DNA of 64,000 nucleotides from a virus: the IMG/VR virus record IMGVR_UViG_3300045988_081431, positions 3,220 through 67,219 of that record. One strand, written 5' to 3'. A model generated the notes under the pieces. The model was not told the origin of the DNA and did no database searches. It saw nothing but the letters and a program-made list of their open reading frames with translations. Positions 20,581 to 29,824 of the stretch are shown here, piece by piece. Within the stretch, counting starts at the first letter, position 1, and every line of letters starts with the position of its first letter. Position numbers and translations under genes: made by a program.

Positions 20581-21075
20581 ATGTTCTATATATTTGATAA
20601 TAACACAGGCTTATGCGTGTGTTCTTCACCGATTACTGTTACAATCGAGGGAACAACCGCTATTGAAACCGATGAATTTTATAACACATGGGAAATCCAG
20701 TTGGTAAACGGCGAGATTAAACCCTATGTGATTGAACAACCTGAGATTAATCCTGTAGAGCCATCCACAAATGGTTCTACTCAGGCATTAATCTTTCGTG
20801 TGAAACATGGGGATTCCGTTTTCACGGATGCATACCCAATGTCTAAATACAGGGCAACAATCGTATCGTTCCAAATGGCAGACGACAGATTTAATTCTCC
20901 GAATGTTGGTGCGATTGTTCAAAAACCAGAGTTTCCATTGTATCGTGGCTCTGATTATCTCGTTGGTATTAATTCTAGTGGTATTGCCTATTGTAAGAAC
21001 AATGGCACTTCCCTAGAGGATACAATATCTGGGTGGATTACTGTAGTATTAAATCCAATAAAGGCAGGTGATTAA
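20581..21075 (+). CDS. hypothetical tail-associated protein
   Basis: 164 aa, directly downstream of the gpJ-like gene. Confidence 0.5.
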   Translation: MFYIFDNNTGLCVCSSPITVTIEGTTAIETDEFYNTWEIQLVNGEIKPYVIEQPEINPVEPSTNGSTQALIFRVKHGDSVFTDAYPMSKYRATIVSFQMADDRFNSPNVGAIVQKPEFPLYRGSDYLVGINSSGIAYCKNNGTSLEDTISGWITVVLNPIKAGD

Positions 21076-21406
21076 TATAGATTACGTTCTTGACAAACCT
21101 GAGGTTCTTCATGTTGGTGCTGACTGGGAACGCTTGTATACCATAGTTGGTAAAAATGAAGATTTTACTTTGGATGATGCTTCTGCTGTATGCAAAGTTA
21201 GAGACACCAAAGACAATCTCTTGTGTACTGCTTTTTGCTCCATTAATAGTAATCAAGTATTGGTTCAAATCGGATACGAAGAAACACTAAAGATTAATAG
21301 ACAAGTTCGCAAGGGTAAATATGATGTATTCATCCAAAGAGATGGAAAGTCTTACAAGGTTTGCATGGGTGAAATCGAAATTATTCACGATGTTTCCATG
21401 CATTAA
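21068..21406 (+). CDS. hypothetical tail-associated protein
   Basis: GTG start overlapping the upstream stop; 112 aa. Confidence 0.5.
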   Translation: MINIDYVLDKPEVLHVGADWERLYTIVGKNEDFTLDDASAVCKVRDTKDNLLCTAFCSINSNQVLVQIGYEETLKINRQVRKGKYDVFIQRDGKSYKVCMGEIEIIHDVSMH

Positions 21407-21442
21407 TTTTTTGTATATTTTTGTATAAAAGAGGTATAAAAT

Positions 21443-22507
21443 ATGGCTGAAAATAACGAAGTAACAAGAGTGGCTTTTGCCGAACCAATCGAGGTAAATG
21501 TAAATATTCCAAACATTGAGGGCAGAGCAGGTCGAGATGGTCGTGATGGCGATGATGCCTACCGTGTTGCCGTTCGCAATGGTTTCTTAGGTACAGAACA
21601 AGAATGGCTCGCTAGTCTTGGTGGCGGAGGTCAGATTAAAGAAACGCTAAATGAATTTAAAAAGCATAATGTATGGCTAGATAGTACATCATTAGATAAT
21701 GTTTTGTTAAAAATAGTGACTTTATCACAATGCTTAAACAACGCAACTTATGCAGACTTGAGATATGACCCATATCGTCAAGGACAACTATTTATTGATT
21801 TCTATGGAGAACCTCATTTTTACATCAGAATAAACGATGGTGAAAAACGAGAATTTGTAGAGCAAAAATTGCGTGTTTCTCTTGATGGCTCTATGGGTAA
21901 TAAGCTATTGGTTAAATATTATGGCATTAATGATGAAGTTCTACAAACAGAATCTATTTCTCTTATTACCGAGGAAACTGGTGCTGAACAACTTGGTGCT
22001 TTGTTAAAAACATATACTATGGAGCAAGCTAGAAACGAACTTTATGTTTTGGCACTTCCATCTAAGGCTGAGGGCTCAATAGAAAAGCATTCTAATGGTG
22101 CAAAAATTACGTTCACAAATTATCCAACATCTCCTTATATGATTCATTCTATGTATAAAAACTTATTCAAGGCTCTCCGTCAAAACGAGAACTATGAGGA
22201 TGATGCAAACATTAATACATTTGTAATAGATGTAACATCTTGCCCACAAATAGCATCTGGTACATTCCCATCTACCTTACAAACATCCGTATGGATGGAT
22301 ATGTGGCAATACGCAGATACGATTGTGGTTAAACTTAAGCCAGAAAACCTACCAAACACCGCAACAAATAAATCTACTGTTGAAATTGTTGGTAGTGCAG
22401 GGAAACGTATCAAGGTTAACAATTCTGACATGATTACTTGTCAAGATGGTGAATTATATGAATATCATTTTGACACAGACTCTATCACGCAAGCTAGTCA
22501 TCTATAA
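21443..22507 (+). CDS. tail fibre / receptor-binding candidate with short collagen-like run
   Basis: AGAGG SD. The N-terminal segment GRAGRDGRDGDD is G-X-Y collagen-like. This is the last structural gene before a terminator and the lysis genes. Confidence 0.55.
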   Translation: MAENNEVTRVAFAEPIEVNVNIPNIEGRAGRDGRDGDDAYRVAVRNGFLGTEQEWLASLGGGGQIKETLNEFKKHNVWLDSTSLDNVLLKIVTLSQCLNNATYADLRYDPYRQGQLFIDFYGEPHFYIRINDGEKREFVEQKLRVSLDGSMGNKLLVKYYGINDEVLQTESISLITEETGAEQLGALLKTYTMEQARNELYVLALPSKAEGSIEKHSNGAKITFTNYPTSPYMIHSMYKNLFKALRQNENYEDDANINTFVIDVTSCPQIASGTFPSTLQTSVWMDMWQYADTIVVKLKPENLPNTATNKSTVEIVGSAGKRIKVNNSDMITCQDGELYEYHFDTDSITQASHL

Positions 22508-22515
22508 TCAACAAT

Positions 22516-22546
22516 GGGGAGACAACTACCGTCTCCCCAAGTTTTT
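22516..22546 (+). terminator. intrinsic terminator after tail fibre gene
   Basis: 8-bp stem GGGGAGAC/GTCTCCCC, 7-nt loop, then AAGTTTTT. Confidence 0.7.
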
Positions 22547-22584
22547 AAATATGTTTTTACTACAGAAAGGCAATCAGGCAATCA

Positions 22585-22851
22585 ATGGAACTATTGACAA
22601 TGATTTCCTTGATATGTGGCATACTTGTGTTTGTCGGTAGCTTTGTTGGGTTTGTCTTTAAGGTTATGATTATATCACCCTTAAAGGTATCCATTGACAA
22701 TCTATCGAACACAATTACTGCTATACTCAAGGATATTGAAACAAGTCGTGTTGACAGATATAATATGTCTATCAAACTCAGTGGAATGGAGTCTGACATC
22801 AAACACATTTCACAACGCATTGATGCCCTAGAGGAATATTCACGGAGGTAA
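22585..22851 (+). CDS. membrane-anchored coiled-coil protein (N-terminal TM), lysis-module accessory
   Basis: 88 aa with a hydrophobic N-terminus (LLTMISLICGILVFVGSFVGFVF) followed by a heptad region; immediately upstream of the holin candidate. Confidence 0.5.
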   Translation: MELLTMISLICGILVFVGSFVGFVFKVMIISPLKVSIDNLSNTITAILKDIETSRVDRYNMSIKLSGMESDIKHISQRIDALEEYSRR

Positions 22852-22854
22852 TCA

Positions 22855-23238
22855 ATGGGTCTATTTGAAAAAGCCAAGGAATACTATGGTCGATTACGAG
22901 ATGCCCATGTGAATATTCAGTCGTTGCAATTCGTAAAGTTTGTAATTACAACAAGTTTTGTTCCTATTTTTATATATCTCGTAGTATGGTTATACGCAAT
23001 CTATGCCATGCACATAGGATTAAACGTAAACATTCTCGTGTCTCTCTTGACGGAATTGCGATTGTTCGTTTCCGTAATCTTCTCAACACAAACAGTCACA
23101 GGTCTTCTTGCGTATGGAGTTGCTTTAATTGACTCCGATGGTAACGGTGAGTCAGATGAACTCGATTTAAAAGCACATAAACAATCGCAATCATTGCCTG
23201 TGTTTAATAATAATGACAAAGAGGGTGATAATACATGA
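22855..23238 (+). CDS. holin candidate
   Basis: GGAGG SD; 127 aa with 2-3 predicted TM helices and a charged C-terminus; ATGA overlap with the endolysin gene. Confidence 0.5.
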   Translation: MGLFEKAKEYYGRLRDAHVNIQSLQFVKFVITTSFVPIFIYLVVWLYAIYAMHIGLNVNILVSLLTELRLFVSVIFSTQTVTGLLAYGVALIDSDGNGESDELDLKAHKQSQSLPVFNNNDKEGDNT

Positions 23239-23786
23239 GACAAATCACAACAGACGAATTAATGACAATGGCAGAAAACGCTAGGGGTCAAATCGACAAA
23301 ATATACCTGCATTGGAGTGCTGGTCATTACAACCAAAGCCACACCGAAAGTTATCACATCTGCATTGACAACGCAGGTCGCTTATGGACAGATGTATACG
23401 ACTTGACAGAGCATCGAGACCACACATGGCTACGCAACAGTCGTGCCATTGGTATTTCCATCAACGGTTGTTGGGATGCAGTCAGTCCAACCAATATGGG
23501 TACTGAACCACCAACCGAGGCACAAATCTATGCATTATCATATGTGGTTGCACTATTGTGTGTTCAAATCGGTATTCCTTTGGACATACAACATGTCATG
23601 ACACATAATGAAGCCGCCGATTGCTTGGATGGAACATATCCTCACGAGCCATACGGCTATCGCAACGGATGTGAACGATGGGATTTACTCGTGCTGAGAC
23701 AGGGCGAAGAACCTGAAACAGGTGGAGACCAAATCCGTGGCAACGCACGTTTCATCGCCATGAATGACTGGGGGATTAACATATGA
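23235..23786 (+). CDS. endolysin, N-acetylmuramoyl-L-alanine amidase (Amidase_2/PGRP-like)
   Basis: Motifs IYLHWSAGHY and MTHNEAADC resemble zinc-ligand blocks of T7-lysozyme-type amidases; sits in the lysis position. Confidence 0.7.
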   Translation: MRQITTDELMTMAENARGQIDKIYLHWSAGHYNQSHTESYHICIDNAGRLWTDVYDLTEHRDHTWLRNSRAIGISINGCWDAVSPTNMGTEPPTEAQIYALSYVVALLCVQIGIPLDIQHVMTHNEAADCLDGTYPHEPYGYRNGCERWDLLVLRQGEEPETGGDQIRGNARFIAMNDWGINI

Positions 23787-24064
23787 TTCATTACCATATG
23801 GAAAAACCCCCTCTGTGGAAAACGATTGGAAGTGCCGTTTGTGTTTGCTTCATTGGTTTATTCGTGTGTGTATATCTGTTGTTTAGCGGTATAAAAACGC
23901 ACGAAGAACAACTAAAGAAAACCGAATATGAACTACAACAGACACAACTCCAATTAGAATACACGAGAAAAGAACGTGCGGAACTACAATGGAAAGTCAG
24001 CGTATTGGAAAATCTTGAAGTTGAACGTGGTAATTTACTTGTGGAGACCATGGAGAAACGATGA
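23783..24064 (+). CDS. N-terminal TM + coiled-coil protein (i-spanin-like topology)
   Basis: ATGA overlap with the endolysin stop. TM segment IGSAVCVCFIGLFVCVYLLF followed by a heptad-rich, E/Q/L-rich region. Confidence 0.55.
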   Translation: MIHYHMEKPPLWKTIGSAVCVCFIGLFVCVYLLFSGIKTHEEQLKKTEYELQQTQLQLEYTRKERAELQWKVSVLENLEVERGNLLVETMEKR

Positions 24065-24550
24065 ATGAAAATTTTAAAAATATATGGACTGCCTATAGGG
24101 GTCATATCGTTATTGGTTTGGTGTTTATCTTTTGTGTCGCCTGTGTATGGCTCTACGCCGACAGAAACAGTCGTATTGACACAAAGCCAATACAACACGC
24201 TACTGAAGAACTTCGACATGCTAGAGAGTACAATAGACAGTCAACTGAATACAATCAACGAATTAGAAACGCAGTTGTCCATAGCCAAGATGTCAACGAA
24301 CGAATCACAACAAGCGTTAATCGAAGCCTTGAGGCAACTAGACGAGCAGAGGACTCTATTGATAGAAGCACAGAACTCGTTAAGAGAACAAGAGAAGACT
24401 CTAATGCAGCAAAGGCTATCGTTAGAGAAAGCCGAGATATACTTAAATCAGCAAAAAGAGATAATCAAGAAAGCACAACAACAGAACCGCAACAGTGAAA
24501 TCTTAAATGTTGTTCTTGGTGCAGCTTTGGTGTATTCGCTTGCTAAATAG
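24065..24550 (+). CDS. signal-peptide + coiled-coil + C-terminal TM protein (unimolecular-spanin-like topology)
   Basis: GGAGA lies 8 nt upstream. The N-terminal signal-like segment ends VYG/ST, followed by a long heptad coiled coil and a C-terminal hydrophobic LNVVLGAALVYSL. It overlaps the alternative-frame ORF 24061..24498. Confidence 0.5.
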   Translation: MKILKIYGLPIGVISLLVWCLSFVSPVYGSTPTETVVLTQSQYNTLLKNFDMLESTIDSQLNTINELETQLSIAKMSTNESQQALIEALRQLDEQRTLLIEAQNSLREQEKTLMQQRLSLEKAEIYLNQQKEIIKKAQQQNRNSEILNVVLGAALVYSLAK

Positions 24551-24629
24551 GGATGGTGGTCTTCTTTATCTCTCTAGCGGACAAGAGTGGATGTCCGATA
24601 CAGTCTGTTAAATATTCTACATAAATATA

Positions 24630-24668
24630 ATGGGGAGTATACCGTAATTGGTATACTCCCCATTTTTT
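24630..24668. terminator. bidirectional intrinsic terminator between lysis operon (+) and polymerase gene (-)
   Basis: 12-bp stem GGGGAGTATACC/GGTATACTCCCC, 6-nt loop, with an A-run on the left and TTTTTT on the right. Confidence 0.8.
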
Positions 24669-24673
24669 GCGTT

Positions 24674-27600
24674 TTAAGCATTATTTTGTTTTAATTCCAA
24701 TGGTTTAACCTTGGTGATTGTGTCGCCACGCACTTGGATATAATACCCAACACCGACTTTGAGTTCCACCAAGTAGTTTGACCACATAACATATTTGTTA
24801 CCAACATGGTCGAATACATATGCCATAGGTTTGCCAGCCTTGGTTGTTTTCGTTTTGAAATCAGACACGATAATTGCCTTAACGTCACGACCGTTTGCCA
24901 AATTCGTGTTATATGCTTTTAAAGGGTCTTCAAACGTACACCCAAGGTATTCATACCTAAGAGATACCACAGGCATCCTACAGCTCAAATTTGGGCGTTC
25001 TATGAGCATTATAGAGTTGTACTTGTCTGTCCATTCTTGGATTTTCTTTTCGATGTTCTGTTTCTTTTTATCCAAAGACTTTAATTCTTTGTCAGAGAAC
25101 AACCCATCGTTTGTATACATGGTGTCTTCGTGTTGTTGCAACTTGGATTGCCACTCATGTATTTTATCTAAAGCGTTCTTACGGTCTTTATCATATGATT
25201 TATACTCAGGGATTAACGCCATGAGTTCATGTGTATTACCCAAGAAGTCCAATGCACCACTACCGACTAGACCCTGTAATTGTAACTTAGAGTATTTACT
25301 GAAGATGGCATCTATTGTGTATTCGTGTGGTTTTTCAATCTTGTTGATACCCTTGATGTACGAAAGACCAACACGCACAGAACCATCTTCAACTGTCCAT
25401 TCACGTTGACTGTGGCGTAAGTCAGGTGGTAAAATCTTGATGCCCTTACGTTGCATCTCTTGGATGTACGGCAAGATTTTCTCTTGGTTGCCATCTTCGG
25501 AGTTGATGGTTGCCACATAAAATTCAAGCGGATAGTGTGCCTTGAGATATGCCGTTATGTATGCCATGTATCCGTATGATTGAGAATGAGCCTTATTAAA
25601 TCCATAACTTGCAGCCGCAATAATCTGCTCAAGTATCTGCTGTGCGACATTTGGGTCTGTTCCATTAGAAACAGCACGGTCAACAAATTCAGATGTAATC
25701 TCTTGCATTAAATCATGGTCTTTTTTACCAACCGCTCGTCTCACAGTATCAGCTTCCGCCATTGAATATCCTGCGATAATCTGACATACACGCATAATTT
25801 GTTCTTGGAATATCATGAGACCATATGTTTCACCCAAAGGCTCTTCCAATCGTTCATCCAAGTATTCAAACGGCTTGCCTTTTCGGCGTTCGATATACTC
25901 ATCCAACATCCCTGTAATAATACACGCTGGTCTATATAATGCAACCACGGCGATTAAATCAACGAAGTTCTTTGGAGCAACACTCTTAAGAGTACGAACC
26001 ATACCAAAAGATTTCATTTGGAATACGCCGAGCGTATCGCCCCTACATAGTAAGTCAAGCGTTTCTTTATCATCCCAAGGTAACTTGGCTAGGTCAAGCG
26101 TGTCTTTAACACCTGCCATCGTTACGCAATCATTGATTACATCCAAGGTTCTAAGACCAAGTATGTCTTCTTTGAGAAACCCCATTGACTCTAAATGTTT
26201 AAAGTTTGTGGATGTCACAAAGGTTTCTTCTTTTGTTTGAGAGTTCTTTTGCATCTCCAATGAGCAATACTTGGTAATGTCTTGGTTGGAAACAATGACT
26301 GCCGATGCGTGTTTACCAAAGCCAGTCATGATACCAACCAGCTTCTTAGCGAGTTCAAACATCTTAGGATGTTTACCATCGTTTACATAATCAAGTTTAG
26401 CATACTCAAGGTCATTATCGTGAAAATCTTCATCATCGTCAAAAGATACATCTTTGATTTTCTTTGAGTATGCATCTGCGATATTGTGGTCTATATTAAG
26501 ACATCGTGCAGCCTCTTTTAATGCTCCAGATGCTTTCATATATGAAAATGTACGACATTGGTATACATATTTGTATTTCTTTTCTAAGTAATCAATGACC
26601 TCTCCTCGTCTAACTTTAGAGCAATCGTTGTCGATGTCACCAGCAGATACTCGGTTTGGGTTTGCAAACCGTTCAAAATACAAGTTGTTTGTAATAGCAT
26701 CCAAAGATGTAATATCGAGTAAATATGCACACTCACATCCACCAACGGAATTATGGACTATCGTTTGATTCCCAACATATGAATGGTCTACTACCACTTG
26801 AATGTCATATACTGTTGTATCTTTTTGAGGAACAGATTCAATAGAGTGGACTTGATGAACAAAATATTCATCTAAATCTAAATTAGGCTTTGCCGTCTTT
26901 TTAAATAAAGAGCAATTAAACCATTCACCAAACAATTCTACAAATCTCTCATAATAGGCTGGTTTAATAATCGTTTTATATTCGTTGCACCAGTTCTCGT
27001 TAGCATGTACTCTTTTTGTAATATAACTATCAATACCAAGCGTTGATAACACGAATTTAACTTGAGAACATAAGTCGTAGTTAATTGAACTATAGTTTAT
27101 TTTGTCTTTTGCTGTAATAACTTTTGGAACATAACCATCGGTAGAAAATAAACCCATTAGTAAATTAACCCTTTGTTCAAAAGTGCCGTGTACCAAAAAG
27201 TCAGGAATGTGTTTTGTACTTGCGTTCTCTCCAAGCATTTTTTTTAACACTTTAGCGAATACTGTAGAATATGTGTGTATTTGAACACAAGTATTTCTTT
27301 TATTCCAACTTTGAGATACATCGTGACCAAACAAAGATTGTACCAGAGAAATATAATCTTGGTGATACTTGCCTTGTTTATTGTTGAAAGCACACCCAAA
27401 ATTCCAGTTATTTTCTTTGCGAGTCCAGCCATTACCAATAAAATATCCAATAAATCTAGCAAGGTTTCCTGTGACTAGCAACTCTGGATTGTATTTGTTT
27501 TTTACGGCTTCAAAATGTTGATTACCAAGAAAAATTAAACCATTTTCTTCTCTATACTCATCTAAGTAATCTCGAAGATTGATTTTTTCTATAGCTTTGG

Positions 27601-29065
27601 TTGAGTCAGCAAAGCATTTTGGATAAAATACATAATCTCCTTTTTCTAATCCACTCACAGGCATCCATTGTGGCTCTGGTTTTATTTTATGACAACATTT
27701 TTTCTTGCAATTAACTGAGCAATATTTTCGTAATTTTGTATTACCATTATAAACAACACATTCTTTTTGTTTGATTGCAAGGAATTTATGGTCATTGGTA
27801 TAGTTCATTGGGTCATTTGAAGACACTTTAATTGTAGTCAACGGTTCTTTAATATTATAAGAGAACACATTTTCTACTACTCTTGGATTACCTGTATGAG
27901 ATACCACAATATCTCCAACACGAATATCTTCAATATTTTTAGTCATTCCATTAGACATTAATACTTTAGTGCCTTTTTCAGAGCATCCACGACCATGTCC
28001 AACTGGAATATCACGCTTTCGACAAGCATCGAGAATATCTTTGGTAATCAACAAGTAGTCCATATACCCAACTTGTTCCAAAATGTCAATCTCGTGCAAC
28101 ACACGCTCGTCAACACGCTTTTTAAATTCAGGCGTGACCTTACCGATAATCTTTTGTTTATATCCATCACGCAACGCCTGTAGAAACACAGGTTTTACAT
28201 CCCCATCTTTAACAAACTTAGGGTACACATCTAGGTTGAAATCAACCTGTGTATTACATTTGTCAAAAATAACATTGGTGTTTTCAACCATTGTTTCAAC
28301 CATATCAACACCGAATTGTGGATACAGACGGTCAAACACTTGTGCTTCCGATTGGATAAAGAAGTCGTTTGAACCATAGTATTGGTCTTCATCATCATCT
28401 TGTGAACGACCACGGAATGCCTTGTGGAGTGCATAATCTTCTTCGTATACATAATGGCTGTCGCATGCGGCAATCAATGGAACATCGTATTTTGCACCCA
28501 TTTCTGCAACCATTTCATTAAACCGTTTTTGGTCTTCATGTTGGTACGTGTGGATTTCAAAATACAAGTCGTCACCAAAGATGTCTTTGAACTGCGGAAT
28601 CAGAGACTCACGGTTCTCACCCTTTAACCATCCACCCATGCATGCAGACGTGCAGATTAACCCCTCAGAATACTTGCGTATCATATCAAGGTCACATCTT
28701 GACTTGTAATAATAATGCTTGTGTGCTTCACTAGTGAGTTTGAACAAGTTCTCAAGTCCGACTTGATTTTTCGCAAGAAACAAGATATGATTATATGACT
28801 TGTCCTTAATGTGGACATCATATGTATAATACAATTCAGAACCCATCACAAGTTTTAAATCTGTGCCATGTTTCTTGTTGTATTTCTGTAGATGCACATA
28901 TGTTTCAATCAAGCCTGAACAACCATTATGGTCTGTAAGTGCAAACCCTCGTTGCCCAAGTTCGTGTACACGCTTAATGATGCCATCCACAGAACTGATT
29001 GCATCTTTCATCCCATAGTTTGAAAACTGAGAGTGTAGATGCAGATGAATAAAGTTATCTGACAT
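24674..29065 (-). CDS. dnaE: DNA polymerase III alpha subunit (DnaE-type) precursor containing an intein
   Basis: PHP motif HLHLHSQFS and the GFNKAHSQSYG block. The conserved GxGRGS motif is interrupted (GHGRG|C...HN|SVGG). AGGAGG SD. 1463 aa precursor, about 1051 aa after splicing. Confidence 0.9.
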   Translation of the reverse strand: MSDNFIHLHLHSQFSNYGMKDAISSVDGIIKRVHELGQRGFALTDHNGCSGLIETYVHLQKYNKKHGTDLKLVMGSELYYTYDVHIKDKSYNHILFLAKNQVGLENLFKLTSEAHKHYYYKSRCDLDMIRKYSEGLICTSACMGGWLKGENRESLIPQFKDIFGDDLYFEIHTYQHEDQKRFNEMVAEMGAKYDVPLIAACDSHYVYEEDYALHKAFRGRSQDDDEDQYYGSNDFFIQSEAQVFDRLYPQFGVDMVETMVENTNVIFDKCNTQVDFNLDVYPKFVKDGDVKPVFLQALRDGYKQKIIGKVTPEFKKRVDERVLHEIDILEQVGYMDYLLITKDILDACRKRDIPVGHGRGCSEKGTKVLMSNGMTKNIEDIRVGDIVVSHTGNPRVVENVFSYNIKEPLTTIKVSSNDPMNYTNDHKFLAIKQKECVVYNGNTKLRKYCSVNCKKKCCHKIKPEPQWMPVSGLEKGDYVFYPKCFADSTKAIEKINLRDYLDEYREENGLIFLGNQHFEAVKNKYNPELLVTGNLARFIGYFIGNGWTRKENNWNFGCAFNNKQGKYHQDYISLVQSLFGHDVSQSWNKRNTCVQIHTYSTVFAKVLKKMLGENASTKHIPDFLVHGTFEQRVNLLMGLFSTDGYVPKVITAKDKINYSSINYDLCSQVKFVLSTLGIDSYITKRVHANENWCNEYKTIIKPAYYERFVELFGEWFNCSLFKKTAKPNLDLDEYFVHQVHSIESVPQKDTTVYDIQVVVDHSYVGNQTIVHNSVGGCECAYLLDITSLDAITNNLYFERFANPNRVSAGDIDNDCSKVRRGEVIDYLEKKYKYVYQCRTFSYMKASGALKEAARCLNIDHNIADAYSKKIKDVSFDDDEDFHDNDLEYAKLDYVNDGKHPKMFELAKKLVGIMTGFGKHASAVIVSNQDITKYCSLEMQKNSQTKEETFVTSTNFKHLESMGFLKEDILGLRTLDVINDCVTMAGVKDTLDLAKLPWDDKETLDLLCRGDTLGVFQMKSFGMVRTLKSVAPKNFVDLIAVVALYRPACIITGMLDEYIERRKGKPFEYLDERLEEPLGETYGLMIFQEQIMRVCQIIAGYSMAEADTVRRAVGKKDHDLMQEITSEFVDRAVSNGTDPNVAQQILEQIIAAASYGFNKAHSQSYGYMAYITAYLKAHYPLEFYVATINSEDGNQEKILPYIQEMQRKGIKILPPDLRHSQREWTVEDGSVRVGLSYIKGINKIEKPHEYTIDAIFSKYSKLQLQGLVGSGALDFLGNTHELMALIPEYKSYDKDRKNALDKIHEWQSKLQQHEDTMYTNDGLFSDKELKSLDKKKQNIEKKIQEWTDKYNSIMLIERPNLSCRMPVVSLRYEYLGCTFEDPLKAYNTNLANGRDVKAIIVSDFKTKTTKAGKPMAYVFDHVGNKYVMWSNYLVELKVGVGYYIQVRGDTITKVKPLELKQNNA
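26750..27985 (-). mobile_element. intein (412 aa) with LAGLIDADG homing endonuclease domain
   Basis: Cys1 codon at 27985-27983 and the terminal HN at 26755-26750, followed by Ser+1. Block B is TNDHKF. LAGLIDADG motifs are LARFIGYFIGNGW and LLMGLFSTDGYV. Blocks F/G are VYDIQVVVDHSYVGNQTIVHN. Confidence 0.85.
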
Positions 29066-29101
29066 ATTTTACCTCCTGTTTGAAAACATTTTTATTCGTT
29101 A

Positions 29102-29130
29102 TTGACATTATATCACAAGTGGTGTATAAT
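29102..29130 (+). promoter_or_regulatory. sigma-A-type promoter for SSB gene (TTGACA-17-TATAAT)
   Basis: -35 at 29102-29107, -10 at 29125-29130, 17-nt spacer. Confidence 0.7.
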
Positions 29131-29135
29131 TGCAA
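29107..29135 (-). promoter_or_regulatory. sigma-A-type promoter for polymerase gene (TTGCAA-17-TATAAT with TGn), fully overlapping the + strand promoter
   Basis: The reverse complement of 29102-29135 reads TTGCAA ttatacaccacttgtga TATAAT. Confidence 0.65.
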
Positions 29136-29188
29136 GTGAAGTTGATTGAACTTCAAAAGTATTTTTCCGACAGGAAGGACAAAAGCAT

Positions 29189-29794
29189 ATGGCAAAAGTA
29201 ATTGACAAAATCGTGGATGTAATGACTCCAGTTGGTGAGTCCGTGTTCTGCAAGATTAATGGTGTTGTTGATGACTATATGGGTCAAAACAAATACACAA
29301 TCACCATTAAATTGGATGACAATGATGCCAAAGCATTACAGAAACAATTAACCGAGATTTGGGAATCATCCAACACTCATGATGCACGAGTGGATGAAGA
29401 AAAAGAGGTTGATAGACCTAAGTTCCCAATCACGAAGTCAAAAGAGTATGGATGGCAACTAAAGGCATCTACCAAGACTGAGTTTACCGACAAAAACGGT
29501 AAGGTTCACGAGAATGTAATTCGTTTGGTAGACGGCAACAAAAAGCCAATGGATGAAAAGACTCAAATTTGGAAAGGGTCTAAAGTTGCATTATGGCTTG
29601 GTGCTAAACCATACGAAACACCAACGATGTACGGTGTGTCACTCAAACTCAAGGGTATCCAAGTTATCGACCTGATTACTGGCAGTGCAGGTGGTGCATT
29701 CGGTGGTTCTGCATCCGACAATGTACAATCCTATGAGGACTCTCCAATGACTGAAGCCTTTGGTGGCTCTGAGGATGACTCCATCCCATTCTAA
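29189..29794 (+). CDS. single-stranded DNA-binding protein, T7 gp2.5-like
   Basis: The overall pattern resembles T7 gp2.5 (MAK N-terminus, VSLKLKGIQVIDL block, Gly-rich linker) with an acidic C-terminal tail ending DDSIPF. Confidence 0.7.
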   Translation: MAKVIDKIVDVMTPVGESVFCKINGVVDDYMGQNKYTITIKLDDNDAKALQKQLTEIWESSNTHDARVDEEKEVDRPKFPITKSKEYGWQLKASTKTEFTDKNGKVHENVIRLVDGNKKPMDEKTQIWKGSKVALWLGAKPYETPTMYGVSLKLKGIQVIDLITGSAGGAFGGSASDNVQSYEDSPMTEAFGGSEDDSIPF

Positions 29795-29824
29795 TGTTTA
29801 AAACAACTGAATAATCCAAAATCA

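Noticed and set aside
22446-22640. 64-aa ORF between the tail fibre and lysis genes
   Set aside because: It reads through the 22516-22546 terminator hairpin and has no SD.
24061-24498. 145-aa ORF in the alternative frame overlapping 24065..24550
   Set aside because: Not listed as a primary gene. Its Arg and Ser codons (AGA/CGA, AGC) differ from clear genes here, and its SD spacing is worse. The overlapping frame has a more coherent topology. It is kept as a finding because dual coding cannot be excluded.
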